From: Marsupella aquatica
Taxonomy: Eukaryota; Plantae; Marchantiophyta
Assembly (NCBI GenBank): GCA_973895155.1
Contig: OZ316898.1
Coordinates: 746,751-810,750 of the forward strand
Length of the DNA stretch: 64,000 bases
Reading direction: 5' to 3'
The notes under the pieces were generated by a model. That model saw nothing but the letters and a program-made list of their open reading frames with translations, searched no databases and had not been told where the DNA came from. Each line of letters opens with the position of its first letter. Within the stretch, counting starts at the first letter, position 1. A program made the translations under genes and the position numbers. Of this stretch, positions 26,143 through 37,760 are shown in pieces.

Positions 26143-28562
26143 TGTTAGGATTTACTTTTAGGTCTAGAGTAACGACTGTACCATAGTTAGGGCTAACCTT
26201 AGTCGCAAACTAGGTTAGGTTAGTCATGTTGTGCACACTCTATACCCAAGCGGTGTTTGCTTGGAGAGAAGGAACTCAGGCTCATTGTTACGGAGCCAAT
26301 TGAGAGATAGGGAGAGCCTGTGCCGTGGACGCTTGGTATGGCTGGTGGGTCTAGAGTACAGTAAAGCTCTTGTGTGTTCCCATGGACGTAGCCTCATGTG
26401 GCAGTGAATCACATATCTCTCGGTGTCAACTCTTGTGCGTTGGATGGTTCATAGGCTTGCCATTGCAATTGTCATCTATGCTCAACGATTGGTATCAGAG
26501 CATGCCTGGGAGGTGACAAGGTTTTTTCGTGATGGTTTTTACAACGTTGAGTGTCGGTGTTGCATTCAGAGTTTTGTCGCATGAAACTCGAATGTGTGTG
26601 GCTGAGCAGATAGATTAGTGAGAGGGCTCTCTATTGGTATATAGAACTCACTCGTTGGTATCCGTGGTGTGGAGGAATCGGAGTTTGTGTTGATCAGGAG
26701 TTTTTCATGTTCGATGGTATTTTTGTGGGAGAGACCAGAGTTTGTTTTTGCAACGGTGTGAGCTATGCGGTGCGGGAGGCGTCGCATGTTATAGATCAAG
26801 TTGAAGATTAAGGCAAGTTGGTTATTTTGGTAGCTGAGTTGCTGCCGAGTGTTTACTGAGTGTGTTGCAACGAGTGAAATTGACATTCAGATGTTTTTCA
26901 CAGGCTATGGTGCTTGTTCCCATCTGAACTAGGTTTCTTGTTGTCACATCCGATGCAAAGGAAGAAACGCAAAGTGCTAGGGCTCAACAGAGAGATCGTG
27001 GCGAAGCGGTCGTTTTGAGTCCGGGATTGGCACTTGATGAGGAGAGAGCGAGACACGACGGAAGTATTTTCTCTGTTGAGCTTGCATACTGTGCCAGTGC
27101 AATTTGACAATATTTTCTGTCGGCGGTCAACACTTTTCTCATTTCAATCGGGAGCGGCAAGGTGTGTAATTTGGCCAACTTTTGTTCTTTTAGGGAAATT
27201 TTGCTTTTAAGGGGGGATTTAGGGCACTTTTGGTGTGTGTATACACACCACACACCCCCGGCCAGCCCCATACCCCCATCGTTCCCCTTGCGTACCCCTT
27301 CCCGAGTACATAGCCCCAATTGCAGCTTAGCCGGACCACGCAGCGCCGGTTGGCACAACGTACACCCCCCATGGCCGGCCCGACCTTGTCCCAACCTATT
27401 AGGTATTTACTCAAGGTCTAGGTTACGACATGTAACCATAGTTAGACTAACCGTAGTCGGAGACATGGTTAGGTTAACTAGGATGCAAACTATATGCCAA
27501 GCGGTGTTTGCTTGGATAAGTGGAACTTAGGCTCGTTGTTATGGGGGCCACTTGAGAGATGAGGAGAGCTTACACTGTGGAGACTTGGTATGGCCGACGG
27601 GCTTAGAGTTTAGTAAAGTTCTCTTGTGTGTTCCCGTGGACGTAGCCTCGAGGAGGTGAACCATGTATCTCTTGTGTCGACTACTTGCGCGTTGGATGTG
27701 TCATGTGCTTACCGTTGCGATTGTCATCTATGCTCAGCACAACCTCCCGCCGGTAGCCACCCCCTTCGCAAGCCTTGACAATGGCATTCGACCCCCGGCC
27801 CGGCCTTCGACATACGCGGCTACGTACGCAGCCACTTGTACTCCCGCCCGTACCCCCTCATGCCCCCATTACGGCCCTGTATGCCCCCGGCCCGGACCCT
27901 GATACACCGTTTTTTTGAAAGAAGCCTTAAACCCCTTTAAGGGCCAGTTTTTGTTTTTTCCCCGATTCTTTTCTATTGGTTGTCCTGGGCCCGGTCACGC
28001 ACCATTTTAACCGCTTGGACAAGGGGAACGGCCCCTGTGAGCCTTGTTGTACTACGCGGGGAATATTCCATAAAATAGAGAGCATGTTTTTGGCCGTTAG
28101 TAAAAATTCTGAGGTCCAAATGATAACTTTGTTGGATCTTTTTTGGCAAGGACGTAGCCACTAAAGTTAGCAAAGCGGCGCACCAATTGAATCGTGATTC
28201 CAACGACAAGTTGTACTTGGCATTTCAGTTATTTCCTGAAGTGGTCAAAATGGGGGAGTTTCCCAAGGTTTTACCCACCCCAACCAAAATTTGAATAACT
28301 TTTTTGTTGGATTTTGGTTTCAATTTTGGTTTTCAGTGTTGGGCTCCTAGCTTTGTGGTCTATGCGGTGGTGATTAGTTTTGAGTTTTTTGGGAAGTTGC
28401 AAAAAACAACATTTTTTGTGATTTCTCATATCAATCAAATTGCTCCTTTGAATCACCTCCACATGAGGCTACGTCCACGGGAACACACGTATCTCTCCGT
28501 GTTGATACTTGTGTGTTGATGGTTCATGGGCTTGCCGTTGCAATTATCGTCTATGCTCAACA
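26143..28562 (+). mobile_element. Coding-less derivative of the Copia family: 5' LTR (26143-26487), PBS, long leader, truncated 3' LTR
   Basis: LTR similar to 51032/58166 LTRs; PBS TGGTATCAGAGC (tRNA-iMet) at 26490. Internal part is colinear with the reverse complement of ~56550-58160. Ends in CTATGCTCAACA at 28562; no gag-pol. Confidence 0.85.
27397..27739 (+). mobile_element. Solo LTR of the same Copia family nested in the leader
   Basis: TA(TG-mutated)TTAGG...CTCAGCA flanked by 5-bp TSD CAACC (27392-27396, 27740-27744). Confidence 0.9.
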
Positions 28563-29211
28563 TATAGAGCCATTGACATTTCACTCCAAAGATCACCATT
28601 GAGCCATCGACATTTTAAATACTCCAAAGATCCTCCTTGCTCGAGTTCTTGGCTTTGGTTAGTTTGGCCTTACTAGGGTTAGTTGACCTTTGGTTAGATT
28701 AGAATAAGATCCACTTAATTAGGCTCTTGTCAGTCCCCCTTGGGGGGTATAAGTTGGAATGAGAACATTCTCTCACTCATTCTTCACATGTACTCTCATA
28801 TGCTATGGATCCTTGAAGAGTTTCTCCACATGTGGTATCTCGTTGGTGTATCGTGTGATTGAGTGTCTCTCTCATGTTTCGCATTTGCTGTCTAGTGTAA
28901 GTTGACAATTTTTTACACTTCAGCCTCAACATTTAAGGGAAACCATCCTCTTTGCTTGCAACCCCCCTTCAGCGCACGGCTCCATCTCCTTGCAAAATGA
29001 TCCACCAAAATGTGCTCTGATTTGGTCCAAAGTGGCCCGGCATTTTTGCACGGGAATCCTAAGGAACAGTTGGTCTGAACCTGTCCCCTACCCTCACTTG
29101 TCCCAATCTCACATGGGTCTGCTGCCAAAAACTTTGATGACCAGGTTTTACCACAACAAGTCCAATCATGTAAAAGTAAATTTGGGGCCCCACCAAGCCA
29201 TTTTGGACTTA

Positions 29212-29429
29212 TAATTTTTAATACATTGTCACTAAAGATGTTTGAATTTACAGTACTATCACTGTTTTTTTTTATTTACAAAAATGTCACGGTTTCCTTA
29301 TATAGTTCCCCTAGTTACCTTGGTAAACTTGTTATCCGTGTACAAAACATTGACATTCTTATAATACAGAAAAAACAGTGACAATATTATGAATTATAAC
29401 ATCTTTAGTGGTAAAATAATCAAAAGCTG
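29212..29429. mobile_element. MITE family C copy 1 (foldback, 10-bp TSD, Mutator-like)
   Basis: Long imperfect TIRs covering most of the element; TSD TTTGGACTTA at 29202-29211 and 29430-29439; homologous to 34797-35004. Confidence 0.8.
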
Positions 29430-30769
29430 TTTGGACTTATGGGATCTGGTTTTGTCGCGCGTTTCATTTGAGGTCCCACCAAGCAGATCTCTTGAGAATT
29501 TTCCAGAGCAAGGGGAAGAGATTCAAGATTATGTCAAAATGTCACTAAAAATGTAAGTTGCATCTCCTTTTGTCTTTGATTATTTCTTGCATGCTTTTAA
29601 AAATGTATTCTTACTGTATCAAAAGACTATTTTTTTCTTGAGGCAACCATTGAAGAATGTCTCAGTTCTATCAACAATCAACAATTAACAATGAGATGCA
29701 AATAGGAGATGGATCCTAATCTTAGAAGCATTTTGAGACGCTCTTGCCAATGAACATATAACAAAAATTGTCCACAAGCATGGCATGTTTTATTTACAAA
29801 AATCAATGATAAGGAACAGTTTGTCTCTTAATGTCTATGGGGTAATGTCTGAAACCACCTGAGCTTCAAATTATTAAAGCAAATCATCACTTGGATCTTG
29901 AAGAGAGTCAGGGTGGCCTTGACATTGATGTCAAAGTGGCAGCTCCACCAAAAATTCAGATTCCACCTCCTGATGTTGGTGAACCATTTGAAGAGCCAAT
30001 TGAACCTCTTTCTATTCATTTGGGGCTGTATGCTGTCTTGCAAGGATGAGACACAAGGGATAGGTTTGGGAGACTAAGCATGATGTTTGTTTGTAACTTT
30101 TGTGAGACAACCAGCAATACAATGTGTCAAGTGTCTGGTGTTATATTGACTACATGTGTTATTCACAGTCTGACAGGAGTGAATCAAACAGATCTTTCCT
30201 GCAAGCCCAAAACTGCAATGTTTGTTCAATATTAAAGAGGTTATGGATTTCTGAAGTTTGCTCGTTGTGTTCAGTAGTATATGTGAATTTTGTAGACAGA
30301 AATAAAATATTGTGCACTATTAAAGGTTTTGCCATATGTAAATTTCTGTTATTGCCCATTCAATACACAAGCATGGTATCTAATCATAATTCAAGCATTG
30401 AATCACCTAGTAGGGCTACTGGTATTCAATACCGTGCTTCTGTTATTGTCCATTTAGAATAGATTTTACTAAATAGTTGGCATGACGCTAATTATGATCA
30501 AAGTGCTCCCTTACAACCTACGAATAAACAAGACACCATACCATCTTCCCTGGAAAGAATGCCCAAGCCTCGTATTAAAAGACTATTTATGCTATGAATA
30601 TTAAAAGACTATTTATGCTAGGAATACTCCTTTTATGCCACGGGTGCTTCTATTTCAATATGTCTCAGGTGTGAAGTCGACCACTGGGCCCTACTCAGGG
30701 GATTATTATTACTTTGTTTCTATTTTTTTTGGCTTGCACCCCATGATCAACTTGTAGTCCTATGCCCTC

Positions 30770-31080
30770 ATTATAGCATGCGCATCCTGGAACATGCTTG
30801 ATATTTTGTATTATTGTGATATATAAATGAATCAAATAAGAGAATAGAACTAGAATAAGACATGCAAAGAAAAAGCACACTGACCAATGAAAAGTACACT
30901 CAATGAAAAGTACAATCAAGTTGCTATGACACAAAGACACTAGGAGGTATGCACTTAATTCAATGTGTTTTATTAATGACACTCAATTCAATAAAAACCA
31001 TAAACTTAAGGAAGGTATGACGGCAACTTAAGACACCATGTGTTCAGGTTTGTTTAGAATCATTTTCTCTCTCATGAGAA
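30770..31080. repeat. Old dispersed repeat, diverged inverted copy at ~47175-47535
   Basis: Shared blocks such as ACATGCAAAGAAAAAGCACACTGACCAAT/AAAGTACA and CTCTCATGAGAA occur in reverse-complement at 47175-47535. Confidence 0.55.
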
Positions 31081-31709
31081 GATTTAAAAACTTTGTTCAA
31101 GTGATAGAAATTAATGTCATCTGGATTAAAAAATGAAGAGGACTGCCAAAATGAGTTCAAAATTCTCTAAGATACCAAAAATTAAAGGGGTTCAAAAATT
31201 AGATAAAATCTATATAATTCAAAATATGCCCCTTGATAAGGCACATTGAAATAAAAATACATGACACAAAAATGATGAATAAGACAAAATCTGAAAAGTG
31301 CATTCACCATATAACTGTAGCAGCTTCAAAATTTGATATGTCAAATCAAATATATCAAAAAGCACGACAAAAAGTGCCCAACTGGGAGACAGGATCCCAA
31401 TAGCATGAGACCCAATAAAGGGAGGATATGGGAATTGGGTTATCCCATGTAATTTTTTCATGTTATGAGGGTAGGACACTTTATTGACATGCAAGCTACA
31501 GGCACCTTTTCTCAATAGTTGTGATGGACGGATAGGTATTGTAGACTGCAGGGTATTGGCTCAGGTGGGACTGTATAAATGTACAAAGTTGCTCAAGCCC
31601 TCGCTCAAGTCTAGCCAATCAGCCTATGCTACATCTGCCTACAAGCACTAGATGGCTATAAGTGACAATCAAAGGTATTGATGTGTGAGTTGAAAGCTAG
31701 TGGAGATCA

Positions 31710-32152
31710 AATAATATACAAACTTTTTATATAAAAGTACCAAACAGAGTACAAAAGAACAAACAAAAGAGGGCCCAAATGGACGAAGCCAAACCAAAAG
31801 AAATGAGCTATAAGGAACCCCTAAAAACCAAGAAAGAATAACTGAAACTAAGGAGTGAGCAATAGGGAACCCCTAACAACCAAGAAAGAGGAACTAAAAC
31901 GAACCCAAATGGACCAAGGTCCTCATCATTCCTAGTAAATGTGGCAAAAAGCTAATGGTCCACATCAAGTATCGAAACTAAATCGACAAATGGGACTAGA
32001 ACGTCCTCTAGGGGAGCTAGCCGCTACGGGGGCACACTAGCACCCATTGTAAGAGATTCATGATAGATGGCCCGAGGTTGAGCATGCTGTAAGATGACTG
32101 AAAATGCGTTGGCGAAAATGCATGGTCAAAACCGATAGCGGGGGTCCGGTGG
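31710..32152 (-). mobile_element. 5'-truncated 3' fragment of the CRE-type non-LTR retrotransposon
   Basis: Reverse complement aligns by eye with 36720-37095 (ORF end and 3' UTR ending TTTGTATATT); small internal duplication at ~31807-31900. Confidence 0.85.
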
Positions 32153-34435
32153 ATAGTGTAGAGGTTTGATGTGAAAGACTAAAGTTGAAATCCTTGATTA
32201 CCTAAGGTAGCTGCTGGAATATTGGGTGATTAAATATTGCACTCACACATCCCTCCCTCAAATAATAATCATTTGAAAATTAGTTTGAGTACCCGTTGGT
32301 GAACTATTGGCTGTTTTTCCAACCATTGCTATTTCACAACTTGCCAGATAAATAGAAATTTTCAACATTTTCTATATATCAATCACAACCCATCCAAAAG
32401 GTTTCTGCTCTTTGTTTGTTTGTTTATTGAAGAGTTAGTTTTTGATTTCCATCGTTTTTTACACTTGATTTCTATTGTTTTTGAGCCCACTTGTGCACAA
32501 GAGTACTCACCCAGGAGTTCTCAGCCCACTTGTGCACAACTGCACAATAAGAAGTCCATCAGTCCTGAGGAGTCAATCACTCAGTACTGACGAGTCAGTC
32601 CACAAGTGAAACACTGTGAGACATTGCTACAGCAAGAAGGCCAGTGGTGAGTCAGGGGCGTTGAGCAAAGTAGATGGACTTGAGGAAGGTAGGTGAACAG
32701 CCTGTTGTCAAGAGCAAGAAACCAAAAACCCAAGTGAAATTGAAGTATCTTGATTCAATATAAATGGGGAAAATGGATTGCAAGTGGGAAAAACCCCCTT
32801 GTTTGTATTTTTATTATAATCCTGCAAGAGCTTGTGGCCCAATAAGAATTAGAACTTGCCCAAGACGGTCAGGAAAAGAAGCCATTTATGAACTGGTTAA
32901 AAGCTGGAGAGCTTTTGATGGGATTGAACTAGACACCAGTTGGTCACAAACCACCCCCACCTACCTGAGCTGACAACCAGGCCCCATTTGGGTTGTTCAC
33001 GTTAAATATAGTGAACTCGTCCCAACACAGCTTGATTCCACATTATAAAAATAGTTGTGAATAGTTTAAAAAAACCTCCCTACAGTAGTTAGAGTAGGCA
33101 GATGCAAACGGATGATAAGAGCTTTATAGCCATTTTTATTCTTGTAAGCTCTAGAGGCTTTTTCTGGATATACTTTTACCTGCCAAATATAATGGATTTG
33201 TCCCTGGGGCCGGAACACAATCGTCTAACCCCACAACACTGTCAAACCGGGAAAAAGAACTATACTTTATCACAAGTCGATGGGATAGAATGATTAGGAG
33301 AACAAAATCTATTTGTCAAGCCCTGCCAAACTTGGTACAATTGGGAAATTGTGCATGACTGAGTATAAAGCTTTCAAGCAAAGGATGGGCCAGTAAAACA
33401 AATATAATTTTATTAAATGTTGAGGTCTATGGAGGTTTCAATTTCCCTACAGTCGGTGAGGTGTATCCTTGATGGACCCCTCTAGTTGAAAAACTTTACT
33501 TGATGTACTCCATGAAAGTTAATTAGAGTTAATTAACACTTTCATTTTGGGGGTTATAACACAGTGCCACAAGACAACAACGCCCAAACTTTGGGGGTCA
33601 AGTTATAATAAAACTTTCATGCGTCAATAAGGAAATTTTCAGGTCCCCGTCCGTAAAATTGTCATGGGTTCATAAGCAAACTTTTCAGCTATGGGGTCCA
33701 TTTATTTATAATAAAATTGTCATGGGTCCATAAGGAAACTTTTCCAGCAAGGGGGTCCATCAAGCATACACCAAATTCCTCGTAGTTGGTGCCCACAAGA
33801 CTGTAGCCATCTAGAAAGTACTTTATCGTTGTCTACAGTTTGTCGTCCCCCGACAGAGGACGACATACTGTAGGTTGGTTAATGTTGGCTCGATGATTCC
33901 ATCAACGGCTTCTCAACCTCCCCATTCCCCAAGAAAGCAGCGGCAGCTGTTTTTCCTAGAAAACAGCGGCGGCCAAATTTAGCTATTCCAGTCACGCTCT
34001 GACAGACTGACACCCATGCAATGCATGCTCGAATCATCTCATTTCGTCGTACTTTTTCATCGGATGGATTGGTTGATCGGATGACATTCTCAAGTCTCAC
34101 TTTTGCAAATGATGCTTTGAGTAGTTTGGGCATGGGCCACAAATTACTCTTTCCTAAAGAAGTTTCAAGCTTGGTGAAGACAAATATGCTTAGTAGACCC
34201 CCTTCTAAAAAAAGTTTGCTTAATCAACCCTCTCTATACTTTTCCCCAATCTGGACCGTTGATGGACCTTTCGATCTCAGATCTGGACCATTGATAGACC
34301 TCAGGGGGTCGATCAAGTAACAAGTTTCACGGGGTCGATCAAGCAAATACCTCGTTTTGTGAAGGACACCCCTCACTACTGTAGTTGGGGCATGGGGAGA
34401 ACTTATCAATGGGTGAACTAAATGGGTGAACTAAT

Positions 34436-35098
34436 TAGGGAGTCTCAAAGCCTGACAACAAAATAAACCTTCCTATAAGTCGAGTATTACAAAAACTCAT
34501 GTAAAAGTTATGGACACCAATCTTTAACTACAATAAGGAAAGCTCCACGAGCTCAACACTTAACCCGTACCTTTCCTGCAAGTTTAGATGCATGTCAACA
34601 AATCTAGTACTCCAGAACCCTGGAAAGTCTCAACTAAAGGCACATCAGGTTTGTGCCTTATGTGGTGATGACTGCTACATTTGAGGTGGCCGGTGATGAA
34701 GAATGGAGGAAAAATAATATTGGTTATGAAACAGGTGAGGCCATAACTCCTGCCTTATGGTGCGGGTAAATGCTACCTCCCCCCATTTTAAAAATTCAGC
34801 TTTTAAATACATTGCCTTTATAGATGTTTGAATTTACAATACTGTCACTATTTTTTTCATATTTACAAAAATATCATGGTTTTTGTATATAACTTGGTAA
34901 ACTTGTCATCTGTATACAAAATCGTGACATTTTTATAAATACAGAAAAAACAATGATAATATTGTGAATTAGAACATGTTTGGTGGTAAAGTAATTAAAA
35001 GTTGCTTAAAAATTTCATAACTAAGTCCCATAATTGGAGTTATGGGAAATACTACAAATTCGTAACTTTCATTGATGACCCAACTTTGAGACACCCTA
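34436..35098. mobile_element. Non-autonomous TIR element (TAGGGAGTCTCAAAG...CTTTGAGACACCCTA); partial second copy at ~47640-47908
   Basis: Inverted terminal match; left arm is the diverged reverse complement of 47640-47908; TSD not identified. Confidence 0.55.
34797..35004. mobile_element. MITE family C copy 2
   Basis: CAGCTTTTAAATAC...GTAATTAAAAGTTG foldback; flanks TTTAAAAATT / CTTAAAAATT (10-bp TSD, one mismatch). Confidence 0.8.
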
Positions 35099-35139
35099 TT
35101 GATGTTCATTGATGAGACAACTTTGAGAGTCGTGCATGG

Positions 35140-37098
35140 AGTCCAACCGGGTTACCCTCTGATCTTGCGCTTCCCCCTGGGTTCTTATGTCCAGCCGACG
35201 GTCTTCGAGTCCTTGGCTCCCCAGTTGGTACCGCCTCCTTTTGCTCATCTTTCATCGTTAATGCTCTACAGGCTGCCTTAGCCCCTACTCCTATGCTCCC
35301 TGAGTTAGCAGATTCTCAGGCAACATTTGGGATGTTGTTGAGGTGCATCCACACTCGTGCATCTTATTTGGCTAGGACGCATCCCCCTACCGAGGATCTC
35401 GGGGGGGGGGGGTCACTTCCATGGAAGTGGCATATCATGTGCGACGAAGTATAGGGCCATTTAAATGGTTTTGGCGGAAGACTTATTAAGTCTTCTATGG
35501 AAATATAGGGTTGTTTAATTGCAAAATGCATACGTGTCATCACATGATTGGTGCCGTACAACTTTCTAGAAAGTGACTTAGGGGGGTCATAAATGACCCA
35601 AACCGTCGCACGTGATGTATGACCCTTCATATAGTGACCCCCCTGAGCCGAGGATATTTGTCTCCACCTTCGAGCATTTGATGTCTCCATTCGTGAGACT
35701 TTGTCCTCTCTTTTAGGGTCGGGTACATTGCTCTCATCTCAGTGGCTTCATCGACAGCTCAGTCTTCTTATATCTCAGGGCGGGTTTGGGCTTATTGAGC
35801 ACCTTGCACCTTTGGCCTTTTGGGCGCGTGGGCGGCCGCCTACTCATTGTTGGCAAATTGTTTCTTTATTGAGGATCGACCTTTTTTACTTTTGTCTCTC
35901 ATGGAGGTAGAGGACGGTTCCCTCCCATTTCAGGTTCTTTTGCGCGCAACGCGGTCATCATTACCGGATCCGGTCCGTGCTGTGTTACCTTCATTTCAAG
36001 AGTGTTTATCCTTGGACCCCGTCCGTCTTCAGGCAGACCTTGCCGGGCGTATGCACGCTTTCACCCTCTCCAGCATCCTCATCGAGGCACTTGACACGGA
36101 CCAAGCTCGAATTCTTTCTTCCAGAGGGAAGGGCGAAGGGGGTTGGCTTCAGGCCAATCCAATCATTCCTCATTTGCGGATGTCTTCAGCGGAGTTCTCG
36201 ACAGCCATGCATCTTTGTATGGGGCTGCCCCACCCACTTCTTGCTGGTTTACCTCCCTCTTGCACTTGTGGGAAGCCTTGTGATGCCACAGGTGTCCATC
36301 TTCTTCGATGCAGTTTGGGCGGCGAAACCATGTTTGTTCATGATGCTGTGAGAGATGCGACTGATCAGTATCTCTCTGGCTCTTTGGTCAGTGTGCGGCG
36401 GGAGGTGGTGCTCGAGTTACCTGGTCCTCCATCACAATGGTTACGGGTGGATCTTACCATGGTCCGTGAGGGTCAACGTACTTTGGCAGATGTTGTAACT
36501 TGGCAAACCCATTGCCCCAAGACATCATTGGGTCAGCGGCAACAACGGCAGGGGCAGCGGCATCACGAGCGGCAACAACAAAGGAGGCCAAATATGCTGC
36601 CTGAGCTTCATCTGATAGCTTTCTCCCCCTTGCTCTTGAGATATTTGGGCATCTCCACCATCAATTCAACGGGCTTCTTCGACAAGCTGCTCGGGATGTT
36701 CATGGCCGGGTGGGTCCTACCAGACCCCCGCTATCTGTACCCCGCACTTTTGCCAACGCATTTTAGTCACCTTACAGCGTGCTCAAGCTCGGGCCATCCA
36801 TCGTCAATCTCAGACAATGGGTGTTAGTGTGCCTCCACAGCGGCTAGCCCCCCTAAAGGACATTTCAGTCCCACTTGCCGATTTAGTTTCGACTCTTGAT
36901 GTGGACCTTTAGCTATTAGCCACACTAGCTGGGAATGATAAGGACCTCGGTCCATTTGCGGTTGTTTTAGTTCCCCTTTCTTGGTTCTTTCGCTCACTTC
37001 TTTTGCATTTGGTTTTGCCCACTTTGACCTCTTTTGGTTATTCGTTTGTACTCTGTTTGGCACTTTTATGTAAAAAGTTTGTGTATATTCTATTAAAA
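35140..37098 (+). mobile_element. 5'-truncated CRE-clade non-LTR retrotransposon (RT thumb, CCHC knuckle, restriction-like endonuclease), frameshifted
   Basis: GLRVLGSPVG...QATFGMLLRC..RASYLARTHPP; LSLLISQGGFGL; GGWLQANP...SSAEF..MGLP; CTCG...D.TGVHLLRC...HDAVRD; RVDL...LADV (PD-D-like). T-rich 3' UTR. Confidence 0.85.
35398..35647 (+). mobile_element. MITE family B copy 1 (8-bp TSD) inserted in the CRE ORF
   Basis: TIR CTC(G)nTCACT...AGTGACCCCCCTGAG; TSD CCGAGGAT at 35390-35397 and 35648-35655. Excision restores the frame HPPTED|ICLHLRAFD. Confidence 0.9.
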
Positions 37099-37465
37099 CG
37101 TGTTGCAAAAGGTCAAGAGTTTGTTTACAGGTCAGATCTCAGATAGAACTTTAAAAGATATACCAGAGTCTATTTAGACATTCTTTGCCGGTCCATCCAA
37201 GTTTTGGAAACTGATCCAGGTTTCACATCAATCCCCTAGGTCCATCCAGGTTTATTTGTCTAATCCCCTTTCTAACTCTCAATATTATGATATTTTTTGG
37301 CCTTAAATAAATGACCATAACTTTCTTTAGGTTGTGAAATTATTAAATATTTTCTCTAGTCTCCAGAGTGACTTATGGTCATGACAATTCACTAATCTTT
37401 ATGGCAAAAAGTTATGAACCATGAGTTTGGTAGTGCAACACCGTTTCTGTCCCTCACCCTAACAA

Positions 37466-37760
37466 ATCAGTAAAGATCCATCAAAAACTTAATAACGGTC
37501 AATCAAATTTGTTGCTTAATCAGTAAAGGTCCATCAAAAACTCAATAAAGGTCAATCAAATTTGTTGCTTTGATATGTCCTAGTGGGGTCTGAGTGAACT
37601 CTTCCTAAACTGGCAAAATGGAAGAAAACAAGCAACACAATTTAACAAAAAAGAAACCCAATCGGTGATTGTCCATAAAATTTGTTGCTTTGATAGGTCC
37701 TATGGGGTGGGCGTGAACCCCTCCTAAAGTGGGTAATGGAAGGAAACAAGTAACGAATTT
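37466..37760. repeat. Two adjacent short tandem duplications
   Basis: TCAGTAAAG(A/G)TCCATCAAAAACT...AATTTGTTGCTT x2, then AATTTGTTGCTTTGATA(T/G)GTCCTA...GAAAACAAG x2. Confidence 0.7.

Larger units (their letters stand above)
25512..29134. mobile_element. Old TIR-bounded element (imperfect ~85-bp inverted repeats) hosting nested LTR insertions
   Basis: 25515-25597 (TTTTGGCAGCGGACATGGGTGAGATTGGGGAAAAGTGAGGGCAGGGGACAGGTT...) is the diverged reverse complement of 29051-29131. No TSD found. Confidence 0.55.
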
